A DNA stretch of 64,000 bases, taken from NCBI RefSeq assembly GCF_008831285.2, contig NC_045138.2, forward strand, positions 24,242,001-24,306,000. Reading direction: 5' to 3'. The translations under genes were made by a program, and so were the position numbers. The notes below the pieces were generated by a model, which searched no databases, had not been told where the DNA came from, and was given only the letters and a program-made list of their open reading frames with translations. Positions 1-13,280 of this stretch are shown here, piece after piece; within the stretch, counting starts at the first letter, position 1; each line of letters begins with the position of its first letter. The DNA is from Nymphaea colorata. Taxonomy: Eukaryota.

Positions 1-1554
1 CTGCTAGATCTTAGCCGTAACATGCTAACAGGGTCAATACCAGACCAACTTGGGAAGTTAAATCATCTGGCGAAGCTCAATCTTTCCCATAACAAGCTCA
101 TAGGTACAATCCCATCATCTTTGGCTGGAATGGTTAGTTTGACTTCAGTTGATTTGTCCTTTAACAGTCTCACAGGCCCGCTCCCAAAGAACCCTGCTTT
201 CCAGAATGCTTCAGCACAATCATTTACAGGTAACCTTGACTTATGTGGAGGAGTTAATTTGCAACCATGCAAGCCTCCCGAGGGGGCGAAAAGTCAAAAG
301 AAAAGTCGAACACTGGCGGCCATTATTACTCCAGTTTCTGCAGTTCTCGTCCTCCTATTCCTTGTCATTGGAAGTTTTACAGTTTGTCAAAAAGTAACCC
401 AAAGAAGGCAAGATAAGGGGAGCATCAACTTCGAAACTTACCATGGAAATGATCTGTTTTCCGTGTGGAACTATGATGGTAGACTTGCTTATGAGGATAT
501 TGTCAATGCTACAAAGAATTTCAGTGACGAGTATATTGTTGGTACAGGAGCACATGGTAGTGTTTATAAGGTTGAACTCCCCACAAGTCAAATAGTGGCC
601 GTGAAGAAGTTCAATCAAATGGATAATGATGTGCTAACAGACTCAGGATTTAGAAATGAGATTAAGACATTGACGGAAGTCCGCCACAGAAACATAGTCA
701 AGCTCTATGGATCTTGTAAGCATCCTCAATGCTCATTTTTGGTCTATGAATATGTAGAGAGGGGATGCTTGGCAAAAATACTAAGCAATAATGAAGAGGC
801 AAAGAGATTAGATTGGGAAAAGAGGGTGAATATCGTAAATGGTGTTGCCAATGCTTTGTCATACATGCATCATGATCATTCAATTCCAATAATCCATCGC
901 GACATCTCTAGCAAGAATATTTTGTTACATCCAGATTTTGATGCATGTGTTTCTGACTTTGGAACCGCAAGATTACTAAACCCAGATTCATCAAATTGGA
1001 CTGGCCTTGCAGGGACACAAGGCTACATGGCACCAGGTACGCAATAGAATTTTTTTAGCATGCAGCGATTTTTGCTTTATAGTGGCCTTACCCCATTAGA
1101 TCCATCAATAAACCATGTTTATTTTTTGTGGGTGCTAACTAAAGATGACTAATTTGCTGCAGAGTTGGCATATACCATGAGAGTAACAGAGAAGTGTGAT
1201 GTCTACAGCTTTGGGGTGGTAGCTCTTGAAATTCTAATGGGAAGGCACCCAGGGGAACTACTATCATCTTTGGTTATTCTCACAAAGCAAAAGCTTGATG
1301 TAAAGCTCTGGGATGTGCTGGACCAACGAATACCAGCTCCAGGGGACCAAGAAGCAGAGATGGTGGCTGCTGTAGCCAAGCTTGCAGTCATGTGCATAGA
1401 CATGAAACCGGAATCACGGCCTACAATGCGCTCTGTTTCTCTGCATCTTTCCTCTCCCGGCAGAACGCATCATTTGTTCAAAGCCTTAAAGACAATCACT
1501 CAAACCGATATGAAGAATTGGAGCGCCTACTGGCACCACCAACCGAGGAAGTAA
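1..1554 (+). CDS. MIK2/MDIS1-interacting-like LRR receptor-like kinase, 5' part outside the window (exons <1-1036, 1163-1554)
   Basis: Last LRRs ([19 protein letters not shown]), GNxxLCG cap, TM helix and RD kinase ([28 protein letters not shown]). A GT-AG intron at 1037-1162 splits [20 protein letters not shown], as typical of MIK2-like genes. Confidence 0.93.
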
Positions 1555-1983
1555 GCTTGTCGGTCTCATGAGTCGGCCTAGTTGATTGGATGGACAAGCC
1601 ACAATCGTTTTCTGCTTTTGTAAAATCTGTGGTATCTTTTAAAATCCAGATTGCCAACATTGTCGGTTCATATAAAATGACATTGTAAAATTTAAGGACC
1701 ATTGGTTGGAACTTTGTTGCAATCCAAGATTGCGTTTGAGCCAAATGGATAACATGAGCTCTCTACTCTTCTTCTTTGTTGTCATCGTCTCTCCTCTATC
1801 CGAGTAGTGAGCCCTACGATTCGGGCACCATAGAACTTGCGAGTGAAGGCCAACACCAAGTTGGAGACCTCCAACGACGGGGATCTACTATAAAATATCG
1901 GTCCTTATTAGCCTACAAAATGGAGAGACAGTTGCCGCCTTCTCCATACAGACGATTATTGAGTTCGAGCCAGCTTTACTACA

Positions 1984-4900
1984 ATGGACAGCTGGATTTC
2001 ATTCTTCTCACTCTCAGCTCTCCTCCTGGTAACTGCGTGTATTCATCAACTCCCTTCGCTCTGCACTTCGGTTACCGTAAAATCGTGAGTGGCCGCCCTT
2101 CCGGTCGGAAGCCCGGCAGCCGCGGGCTTCGGCCTTCCCACAACGCTGCAAACACCATGGTATCAAACAAGGAGCAATTTCCATTATCAAAAAAGATTCT
2201 CAGTATTAATCCAACTCGAATTGCAGCATCTATGGTGGATGATGGTTGTTTTCCTTTTTTTTTTTTTCTCCCTCTTACCAGCTTGTCGAGGCCACAAACA
2301 CAAACAGTAGCTCTCTCACTATAAAAGCTTACTGGAATGAGGTCTTCCCAGAACCCCCATGCCCAATGCCATTGAAGGTTTCCTACCATCCTCTACAAAG
2401 ATATTAGGTACTCTCTCTCCTTCTCTCTCTCTCTCCCATTCATTGGCAACAGCGTTCTAGGTTGAGTTGGCTTTCATATGAAGACCAGAACTCTAGATTC
2501 TTCCACTTGGCCGCGTCTCAAAGGTGTCGTCAGACGTTGCTTCAGTCCATGGTTATGAGACACATGGCTTTTCTTGGTGATGACATTCTCCAAGTTTTGA
2601 CCGCTCATTTTCGATATTTCTATACTAAGCCCCTAAGCTTCTGTGCCCCGTTGCTGGATTTTCACCTCTCCTCCCTCTCCATCTCATGTGCGATCTCTCT
2701 TGAGCGGTCTTTCCTGCACCAAGAGATCAAGAACGCTGTCTGGTCCCTTGGTTCTGGTAAGACGCCCGGCATTGATGGTTTTCCTATTGAATTTTTTCGC
2801 ACCTTTTAGGAGGTTTGTAGTGATGATGTGTTTGAGTTTTGTAATGAATTTACCACAAACTCTGTCTTTCTTAAGAAGTTTAATCAAGCTACATGTGTCT
2901 TGGTGCCTAAGCATTCTAACCCTACGGACGTCACTCACTTTCGCCTGATCTCTATCTTAGGCACTCCTTACAAGATTATTGCTAAGTTGTTTTCCTTACG
3001 GCTTGCGCCTGTTTTGTCGTTTATCATTAACCCTTCCAGGTTGCTTTCATCAAGGGTCAGCGTTCACAGGACGCTGTGGTCCTCGCCAATGAGGTTGTTC
3101 ATTGCCTATACTATTTGTGTCTTCCATCCTTCATCTTTAAGTTGGCTTTTGATTTGGTCAGTTGAGAGTTTCTTTCTGACCTCTTCACACGCCTTGCTTT
3201 TGGTCAGTCGTTTAGGCAGTGGATCCTTTCGCTTGTCACTGGGGCCCAGCTAACAGTGTCCTTCAATGGGTTGTGTAGGGATTTCTTTTGTCTAAGTCGT
3301 GGCCTCCGTCAGAGTTATCCGTTATCGCCGTTGCTCTTCAACTTAGTTGCTAAGTGCTTTACAGCTTTATTTGGTCACGCTGCGGTCGTAGACTTCCTCA
3401 TTCTGCACTCACTCCCCCACTTACAGGCTCTCTCCTCTCTTTAGTATGCTGATGATTTTCTCATGTTCGGTGCTGCTTCCCACCAACAAATTGTGAGAAC
3501 TTAGCTTATCCTTCGGGTTTTTGAGCTCATCTCGGGTTTTTTTATTAATTATTCTAAATGTTACATTTCTCTCATTCACGCAGATCCCACCACGATACTT
3601 CTTGCGAAAGCTTGCTTTGGGTGCAAGGCTACTGACCTACCTATGGACTACTTGGGTCTTCAGATTACGTTGTCATCTCCTGCACCCTCCTTTTGGGATG
3701 GAGTGGAGCAGAAGCTCGTTGATCGCCTCCAGTGTTGGCAGGAAAAACTGCTTTCTCTCCTGAGCCGTATTACTCTTGTTAAGCACTATCTTCCGTCTGT
3801 CCCTTCCATGCTCTAGTAGTCTTTCGACCTCCGATGGCTGTTTTGAAAAGGTTTGACAAGATCATTCGTAAATTTATTTGGGATGGTGATCGGCCTTCAG
3901 ATCGCTTTGCGCATTGGGATGTGGTTGCCCTTCCGCGTCTTCTTGGGGGTGCTGGGATTACCAACCTTAGTCGGGCTTGTGAGTTTTCTTTGTGTTCTTG
4001 GTGGTGGCGTCTGGTAACTGAACACTCTCCCATCACTTTGTTCATTTGCTCCAAATTTGACATGCCCCTAGTGTTTGGAGTACTTCCATCTTTCACACCT
4101 CTCCCTCCTACTTTTGGTGCGACCTGCTTTCTACTCTTCCTCCACTTCGCTGATCTCTCATTGTTTGCGTCCCCATCCTGGCCTCTTTCATCTTCCCATG
4201 AATTCACTTTTTCTTCATGCTACCTGGTCTCTTTTAGTTCTTCTGTGGCGTCACTTCCACCCCGATCCCTTTGGTCCTCTGGCTCTTCTCCTCGTGCTAT
4301 TGCTTTTATTTGACTTCTTCTTGCCAGCCACATCAACGCTTTTGACAACTTATAGCATCTTGGCATCAATTTAGCTAACCAGTGTCCCTCTTGCCTCGTC
4401 GCGCGACTGAGTCTCGGGTCCAATTTTTTACATCTTGCCATTTTTTCTTTAGTGTTCTTACCTTTTTCTGGCTTTTCTTGTTAATAGTCTTCTGGATTCA
4501 CCCTTCATTCGTCTTTTTTTCTTTTATGTCATTCTCCCTGCCTGGCGGTTTTCTTGGGTCGTGTTTGGAGGTTGTGGCTCATTTCAGCTTAGTGGCACAT
4601 TTGAAAAGAGCGCAACAACAGGGTCTTCAGGTAAGCATTCTCTTCATCAGAGTCTGTGGCTCATCTTGTGCAGGGAGATGTTCATTTTGCCATTCGGCTA
4701 CAATGTCGTCCTTTGTCTGTGGTTGGGTGATTGTGCCGCTCCATCTCCTCACTCTCTCTCCATGCTTCTTATTTTGTTTTATTGTACTTTGTATTGTATA
4801 GTTTGACTCTTTGCTTATGTTTTGCGATTGTTATTGTAATTGGGGGACTTCTTGTCCCCTTTTAGTATAGATTCTCATTTTATCGTGTCTCTCTCTCTCT

Positions 4901-6505
4901 CTCAAAAGCATAGCCCTAGTAAGGATTTGGAGAAATTAGTTGTTTCTTAGGCCTCTTTATAGTTGCCATTTTCTTACTTTTTCAGTTTTATCTAATCTAT
5001 TATTGAGAAGAAAAGGATAAAAGTACATTTCTACGCCTTCCCAAATTCACAGAATCACAGGACTTCCAAATGGATTGCATATGTCTAGCAGAGAGATAGC
5101 AGCAGCAAGATATGACATAGATGCCATGTGTGTGTGTGTGTGCATGTAAAATAATTGACGGCGATTTGAGACTCTTTAACAAGCTTTTGTGTGAAAATTG
5201 TGCCTATTTTGAACATGGTGTTGGAAACATTTGGTGGTGATTGGAAGATGTTCAAGATTTGAGCATATTTTTGTAGTGTAGGAATAACTTTGTGCTTATT
5301 TTGGAAAGTTTTTCAATGTAAAGTAACATAAGCTCTAATCACCTTAATATCTCACCCACTTTAACTGTTTTAAAGAGCTGCTGTCATTGCTGCGACCTCC
5401 GAGATCTTATTGAATCCAGTCTTAAATTTAGAGAAGAAAGCTAGCAATCCTTTTTTATTCACAAACAAAAGGTGTGTAATATGAAGACAGAGCTCAATTT
5501 GGTGGGAAAATGGTTTTGGCAAACGTTTATGCACAAAAAATGATAAATTTTATTGCTTTTGGTTTAGTATTTTTTATTCCACAAGGGAAAAAAACACTTC
5601 ATTTTCAGGAAAACATGGACTAGAGAACTAGTAGTATGTTATATATATAAACTCAAAACTTTTCCAAAGCATAATTAACCAGGATTGACAAAACTTGTCC
5701 TTCTTAATTACTTCGTGCAGGATTTGGTGGCCCAGGAATCCGCCCATGGATTAGTAGGTGGGGTGCACTGGGGCACAACCATGATTCGTCCAACGTCAAT
5801 TGGTCACCGGATCTTGCACCTCTCTATTTCCTAGCAGAAGGCCTTCAGCCTGGTAGCAAGATGAACATCACCATGATGATCAGACCTGAATCAAATGCCT
5901 CTAGCGATGGCCGCAGTGTCAGCTCTGAGCCAACCTTCTTGCCATGCCAACAAGCTGAAGTTATTCCCTTCTCCTCCTCCAATCTCACTACCATCTGTAA
6001 GATGTTCTCCATTCAACCCCACTCTGAGCACGCATCTCTTACTAGGCAAACGTTTGCCGATTGCGAGATGCCTGCACTTAAAGGAGAAGTTAAGTACTGT
6101 GCAACATCTCTGGAATCTATGATCGATTTTGTTGTCGCAGAACTCGGAAGCTGTGAGATTCATGCAGTGGTCACTTCCGTTGTTAACAAAGAGGAGAAAG
6201 TGAAGGCAAGGACTTATAGGGTAGGTGATGGAGGGGGGAAGGTGTTGTTTCCCAAAGTTGTGACATGCCGCAATGTGATGTTTCCTTATGCCGTCTTCTA
6301 CTGCCACAATTTCCCAGGGACAAGGCCATACATGGTTCCATTGATTGCTTACGATGGCAGCCGGGTGAATTTCATTGCTTTGTGTCATTTTGATACATCA
6401 AATTGGAATCCTGGACATGCGAGCTTCCAGTTGCTAGGTGTGAAACCAGGAACTGTTCCCGTTTGCCACTTCATTCTAAAGGATCTCGCCTAGGTCCCCA
6501 ACTGA
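1984..6505 (+). pseudogene. BURP-domain gene copy 1, apparently disabled (exons 1984-2028, 2282-2407, 5721-6505)
   Basis: Signal exon MDSWISFFSLSALLL|gtaac with TATAAAA at 1889. Exon 2 (AYWNEVFP..PMPNAI) has a 1-nt deletion relative to copy 2. Exon 3 holds the BURP domain, but the first CH is CR and TGG>TAG at 6491-6493 truncates DLAWVPN. A LINE lies in intron 2. Confidence 0.85.
2438..4885 (+). mobile_element. 5'-truncated, degenerate L1-type LINE (ORF2 RT plus C-terminal zinc-finger region)
   Basis: Frameshifted ORF2 motifs WQQRSRLSWL..DQNSRFFH, EIKNAVWSLGSGKTPGIDGF, RGLRQSYPLSPLLF, YADD (3445-3456) and a CPLC-type zinc knuckle near 4380. The 3' end is homologous to the copy at 62961-64000. 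Confidence 0.9.
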
Positions 6506-7458
6506 CCTTCATGCTACCTCCTTAGTTTGTGCCGGCCGGATCCTAATGATAAAGTAGAATGAACCGATAGTAAATAAAATGGCATTGATCTGGTAGCTTG
6601 CCTTAAGTAGCTTCAAGTGTAAGCATCAAGTCAAAAATACTTCATGCAACTCCCACCCTATTTAGTTGTTATGTGATAGCTTTCCAAGATACAAGGGGTC
6701 CCCCTTGTATGCCCATCTGCCCAAATGTAAGGTCTTAACATCAAGTTAAATTATTATCTGAACTTATATATGCGCTTGTAGCGTTGAAAACATAGAGTAT
6801 AGAAGTTTGGAAATTGGTAGTGTCTATGTTTGATAATGGTGCACGCATCAACTTGGGAAGTCACATGTGAGCTTATGTGGGCAGTTGCCTACACAGTCCC
6901 ACGCAATCTATTGTTTTACATATTAGTTGCCCTTCATTCATTTTACTATGTATTGGTTGGGAGGGCTGGTGGACTGACAGTAACTGTATCCTACTCTGGC
7001 ACAGTTTGGCGTTGCTACAAAAATCAATATCAATGCTGTATGCCCAACAATATCGTGTATTTACCGATACATGTTACGTTTCAACCTTGTGGCGCCTTAT
7101 TTGTCAATTTATGGAATAATTTGAAAAAAATAAAACTACGCCATTTCCAGTCAAATTTGAAAGCAAAAGATAAAAAGCATAAACCCGTATCATCCTTGTA
7201 TCATTTTGGCAAGGATGGGGCTTTAGCCTAGGGATGTCAATAAATCCCATAGATCTGGCCCTACTACTTCTGAAAAATTCAGACAAGAAAAAAAATTTAA
7301 TATTCAATTAAGAAATCAAATCTGGTTCGAAATTACATCCGATCGGATTTGGATTTAAGGAAATATCTGATTGAATGTAGTGGAGGCAGATTAAGGTAAA
7401 ATTTAACCCCCGCTCTTCCGCCCAGCCGGTTGGTTAAGGTTTCGCCATGAGGAAGGAG

Positions 7459-7635
7459 CAGGAGCAGAGCCAAAAAATTCTGGCTAAGGAGAACTAAATA
7501 TAAAATTTTAAAATTTAAGGACACCAACATGTAAGTGAAAAGAATTATTCAGAAATATCAATACAAAAATTAAGAAAAATTTTGGGTTCCATGTGGGCAG
7601 TTGCCCACACATAGCCTACACCTCCTCCGCCCCTG
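7459..7635. mobile_element. MITE-like element (CAGGGGCGGAGC-type termini), family copy 1
   Basis: Starts CAGGAGCAGAGCCAAAAAATT and ends CTCCGCCCCTG, with an AT-rich core. Ends resemble those of 19436-19610 and 60072-60255. Confidence 0.55.
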
Positions 7636-9164
7636 GGGAGGAGCCGGTCTGCCTCTTGAACTTGAGCATGGGATTGAACCACCCCCGATGTTCGTTGATT
7701 TATATATATGTCAAAGGCTTGAGCGGTTACTTGTAAATTTCTCTATTTGTTGTTCCTTTCTATGTCATGACATATACAGTAGACATGTTCAATATCTTTT
7801 CTCCAAATATGACAAGTTAATTACCCCACATCTAAAATCTTGTTTTTACAAGTAAACTGCTCAATAGTCTTTGCGTATGTCCGAATTCATTCTCAGATGA
7901 AAGGCGAAAGCAACTTCTTCTGTCAAATTATCCCAAACAATCAGTGGACGGTGAGTTTGGAAAAATTGGAAATAGAAGGCAAGCTGGGCTGGAAGATCTA
8001 TCTCTGTATTCTGTCATCGAAGTGGAAAAATCATGCCATTAGATTTCCCGACGTTTACTTGTTTAAGTTAGCACATGGTGATCAAAGAACCAGAGGCTCT
8101 GTTCTCTCTAGAATCTATCACCCTTCTAGAGAAGGCCTTGGATCTTAAGCAGATCACATACCAGGACATTTTCTTATGCTTGACAGCACGGTGTCACGTT
8201 AGTTGGGCATTCAACGTAAACATCAATATTATGCAATTGAACATAGAGCTGTGGCGCCTTCACTGGTGACGAATAACGTGATCCCAGACACCCAAGAGGA
8301 CATATGATTCTCATCTTTTCTCTTGTCAAGTTGACTACTTGTTTCCAATTGCATCACAAATTGACACATATGGTGATGGCGTTGGAAAATGCGTGGTTTG
8401 TACTGACTGCAATACCTTCAAGCTTCAAGCAAATTCCCGCAAGAAAATGGTGTAGATTAGTCAAAGTCTACACCGTTTTGAAACTTGAAGCAATGAAGTT
8501 TCAATAAAATTGACCGATATATAGTATGTATGTATAAGCATCCAACTTTCTTTTACCTTGTTTTGACATGTAAAAGAGCACACGTATACAAACAATCAGC
8601 AGACGTAGTTGACATGCCCTTCTTTCCTCTTTCCACCTTTCATATAAGGCAGACACCCCAGCTTACTATTCTACGCAGTTGGCAATCCTCTGCTACCCTT
8701 CTTGCTAAAATTGAATTTTGTTCTGAACGAGATCTGCATATGCAGTTCAAACCGTATAAAATTGAATACGTTTCTCTTTTTCTTCTTTATTTCAGTTGGA
8801 ACTTATAAATAATATGAATAAAGATAATTTAGTGCAAGTATTTTCCCCACCATAGATTGAGTCGATAGGTCAAGAAACATGTGCAGCAGCAGCAGAAAAT
8901 AAACAGAGACAAACAGACTTGCACACTAAACAATTAAAGAAAGCGCAGGTATTTGTCACAAAGTCGGGAACAACAATATATCAATTACGATGCCCCAGCC
9001 ATTTCCTTAACTCACATGCACATCCAAGATTTTGGAGACAAGAGCATTACAATCCAATTACATCCTGAATGTATCAAAATAATTGCTTTAATGATGCCCA
9101 CTTAAAGATGATTATTTCACCTACAAAAGGTCCCGTAGTGTTTGAGGGGTTTGTGAAAAAAGGT

Positions 9165-9645
9165 GCTTTTTTCCTCCATCTCTCGCTAAACAGGTGTTTT
9201 TCCTCCATCTCTCGCTGAAAATGAGTTCCCCACTGTCCCACAAAAGTTATCACACGTCATTGTCTTAAGGACAATTCAATGTTTGCGAAAAAGAAGTTTT
9301 TTCTCTGATCTCTCGCTGAAAAGAGTTCCCTTCCCTTGCCGTCAGTCCCCACGTCACTATTTAAGGAGCATTATTTCAATGCATGTTCGGGAAAAAGTTG
9401 TGATTCGTGCCTGGCTAGAAAATTAAGTTCACATCACATCTCACTTCACCAAACCTAACCCAATGTCTCGATCGAGGCCAGACTTCTATGGTCATCAGCT
9501 TGCTGCTCCCACGTGAAGTGGCACAAAATTTAGTCTGGAATTCACACCACGAAGTCGACTACCCAAGTCCCTGCCGCCATATACCCAATGGTTCTTCTTA
9601 AATCCCAAACTTTATATTTCATGAACATGCACCACTAATTGACTG
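9165..9645 (+). promoter_or_regulatory. Proximal promoter of LRR-RLK 2 with duplicated modules, TGACG/ACGT boxes, G-box and W-box
   Basis: Repeated TTTTCCTCCATCTCTCGCT(G)AAA units (9165-9330). CACGTCA at 9253 and 9350, CACGTG at 9510, TTGACT at 9639 and TATA-like TTTATA at 9611, all upstream of the ATG at 9692. Confidence 0.45.
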
Positions 9646-9691
9646 CAAAAGAACATATTCCCCAGTAGCGACAGAAACGATAGAAGCAAAC

Positions 9692-12600
9692 ATGAGATGC
9701 CAGCGGCTGCTTCAGCTTTTTTTCTTTCTTTGGAGTCTTACGAGCAACACAGGTGCTCAGCCATTACAGGCAGAAGTAGAAGCGCTTCTTAAATGGAGAG
9801 ACAGTCTCCAAGCTGCCCATGTGCTGAATGCCTCTTGGTCATTCCTTAACTCTAGCTATGGCCCCTGCCAGTGGGCTGGGATAGATTGCAGCAGCGACGA
9901 AAACAGTATCGTCAAGATAAGTCTGCCAAATAAGGATCTGCGAGGTACACTCGATCATTTTGACTTTGCTGCCTTCCCTAATCTTGCATACCTTGATCTC
10001 AGTGGTAACAAGTTCTATGGAGGCATTCCTGATGGTATAGACAACCTCTCCAAACTTTCCTTCCTCGAACTATCAGTAAATCATTTCTCTGGCAGCTTAC
10101 CAAAAAGTATGGCTAATCTTACTGGGATCTCTGAGCTCCAGATATCAGAAAATTTTATTAGTGGAGAGTTGATTCCAAGCTTCTTCACCAATTGGAGGAA
10201 CCTTACTCGCCTCGTGCTCTTTGGAAACAAACTGACTGGCAACATACCCATAGAAATAGGCCAACTAAAGAACCTGACTCACTTAGATCTAGCTCATAAC
10301 CTTCTTAACGGATCAATCCCTTCTTCTGTAGGCAACTTGTCCAGTCTTACAAGATTAGACCTCTCAGCAAACAGTCTAATAGGACATATACCTTCAGAAA
10401 TGGGAAAACTTCACAGCCTAGTTGAGTTAAGCTTGCACATGAACCAACTAGCAGGTTCGGTACCTTACACCTTAGGGAATTTGTCTAGCCTGTCTCACAT
10501 GAACATTCGCCAAAATAAATTGTCTGGTGAGATCCCTCCTGAGATGGGAAATCTCAAGAAACTCACCGACTTGGACCTATCTAAGAACTCCCTTGTTGGT
10601 TCCATACCACCCGAGATAGGAAACCTTATGGACCTCGTCTCTATAAACATATCCTTCAACTCTCTCACAGGGTCCCTCCCTACTTCTATTGGAGAACTGT
10701 CTAGTCTAGTGAATTTGATCATCAATGATAACCATCTTACTGGGTCTATTCCTCAGTCGATAGGAGAGCTAACAAATCTCAAGTTCTTGGTCCTTGATAC
10801 TAATAAAATTGCAGGTTCGATTCCAGCTCAGATAGGAAACTTGTCAAATCTGCAGCAATTGTTCCTCGGGCTTAATTTATTAATTGGGACTATTCCGCCA
10901 GAATTATGGAAGCTCAATAAGCTCACTCAATTAGATTTGGCATCCAACTTTCTTCCAGGTTTTATCCCTCCTTCCATAGGTAATTTGTCTAATCTTTACT
11001 TCTTAAGTCTAAGCAACAATAGCCTCTTCGGCACTCTACCTCCACAAATGAATAACTTCACAAGTCTAGGATTTTTGTTCCTTTCAGTTAATTATCTTTC
11101 TGGTTATTTACCATCAGAAATATGTAAAGTTAGAAGACTTATCCGCTTTTCAGCTTACAACAACCACTTCACTGGATCAATACCAGAAAGCTTGAGGAAT
11201 TGCACAAGCTTAACTAGACTTACATTATATGGGAACCAACTTAGTGGTAACATTTCAGAGGCATTTGGATCATATCCTAACCTATCCTATGTGGACATGA
11301 GCAATAATCTACTAACAGGTGAGATCTCCCCAAGCTGGGGCAAATGTCATAGACTTGAACACTTGGATTTCTCTAATAATCACATCAGCGGCAAGATTCC
11401 AAGTTCAATCTCTCAAATGGCACAATTGAAGGAAATAGATGTTTCTGCCAATTACTTAACAGGAGATGTTCCAAGAGAAATAGGAGAATTGTTAAGTTTG
11501 CAAAAGATATATTTGAGCAACAATTATCTTTCAGGCACTATACCATCCGAAATTGGTAGGTTAGCCGAATTGGAAGAATTGGATTTATCATCCAACAAAC
11601 TCAATGGACCAATACCTGAAGGGATTGGGAATTCTGATAAGTTGATTCTATTGAAGCTGAGCAACAATAGCTTAAACGGAACAATCCCTCTTCAGATGGG
11701 GAACTTGGCACAACTGCAGATATTGCTGGATCTTAGCCACAACATGCTAACAGGGTCAATACCAAGCCAGCTTGGGAAGTTAAACCGTCTGGAGAAGCTC
11801 AATCTTTCCCATAACAAGCTCATGGGTACTATCCCATCATCTTTGGCTGGAATGGTTAGTTTGTTATCAGTTGATTTGTCTTTTAACAATCTCACAGGCC
11901 CTCTCCCAAACAACTTTGCTTTCCTGAATGCTTCAGCAGAGTCATTTACTGGCAACCTCGACTTATGTGGAGGAGTTAATTTGCAACCATGCAAGCCTCC
12001 CAAGGAGGCAAAAAATCAAAAGAAAAGTCGAATATTGGTGGCCATTATCACTCCAGTTGCTGCAGCGCTCATCCTTGTGTTCATTGTCATTGGAAGTTTT
12101 AGAGTTTGTCAAAAAACAACACAAAGAAGGCAAGATAAGGGGAGCATCAACTTTGAAACTTACCATGGAAATGATATGTTCTCCGTATGGAACTATGATG
12201 GTAAACTTGCTTATGAGGATATTGTCAATAGTACAAGGAATTTCAGTGACGAGTACATTGTTGGTATAGGAGTACATGGTAGTGTTTATAGGGTTGAACT
12301 TCCCACAGGTCAAATAGTGGCTGTCAAAAAGTTCAATCAAATGGATAACGATGTGCTATCAGACTCAGGATTTAGAAATGAGATTAAAACATTGACGGAA
12401 GTTCGCCACAGAAACATAGTCAAGCTCTATGGATTTTGTATGCATCCTCAATGCTCATTTTTGGTGTATGAGTATGTAGAGAGGGGAAGCTTGGCAAAAA
12501 TACTGAGCAATAATGAAGAGGCGGAGAGATTAGACTGGGAAAAGAGGGTGAATATCATAAATGGTGTTGCAGATGCTTTGTCGTACATGCATCATGATCA

Positions 12601-13280
12601 TTCAATTCCAATAATCCATCGTGACATCTCTAGCAAGAATATTTTGTTATATCCTGATTTTGATGCATGTGTTTCTGACTTTGGAACAGCAAGGTTACTA
12701 AACCCAGATTCATCCAATTGGACTGCGGTTGTAGGAACACACGGCTACATGGCTCCAGGTACACATTATAATTTTTTAAACATACATAGGTATCTGCTTC
12801 TAGGGCGATCTACATTAATGTCGTAACTCCTAGGGATGACCAGCATACGTTTTACTAGCCTTAACTATCCTAGTAGATCAATCCAATAAGGCTTGTTGAT
12901 TTTGGTGGGTGCTAACTAAAGATTACTACTTTACTGCAGAGTTGGCATATACCATGAGAGTGACAGAGAAGTGTGATGTCTACAGCTTTGGGGTCCTAGC
13001 CCTTGAAATTATAATGGGAAGGCATCCAAGGGAGTTACTGTCATCTTTAGTTATTCTCACTGAGCAAGAGTTTGGTGTAAAGCTTTGGGAAATGTTGGAC
13101 CAGCGTATACCAGCTCCAGGGGACCAAGAAGCAGAGATAGTGGCCACTGTTGCCAAGCTTGCAGTCACGTGCATAGACATGAATCCGGAATCACGGCCTA
13201 CAATGCGCGCTGTTTCCCAGCATCTTTCCGTTCCCAGCACAAAGCATTATTTGTTCAAAGCCTTCACAGAAAAAATATGA
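9692..13280 (+). CDS. Full-length MIK2-like LRR receptor-like kinase (~1135 aa; exons 9692-12758, 12940-13280)
   Basis: Signal peptide, LRRNT ([20 protein letters not shown]), >20 plant LRRs, TM and intact RD kinase. It has one intron at the same position as the paralogue at 1-1554, and is very similar to it across the kinase. Confidence 0.96.

Noticed and set aside
1776..2324. 182-aa ORF downstream of RLK1
   Set aside because: It runs across the BURP1 promoter, exon 1 and intron 1 in a different frame, with no recognisable domain.
7890..8060. YSVIEVEKSCH, reminiscent of a PPR E-domain end
   Set aside because: Too short and degenerate to support without a search.
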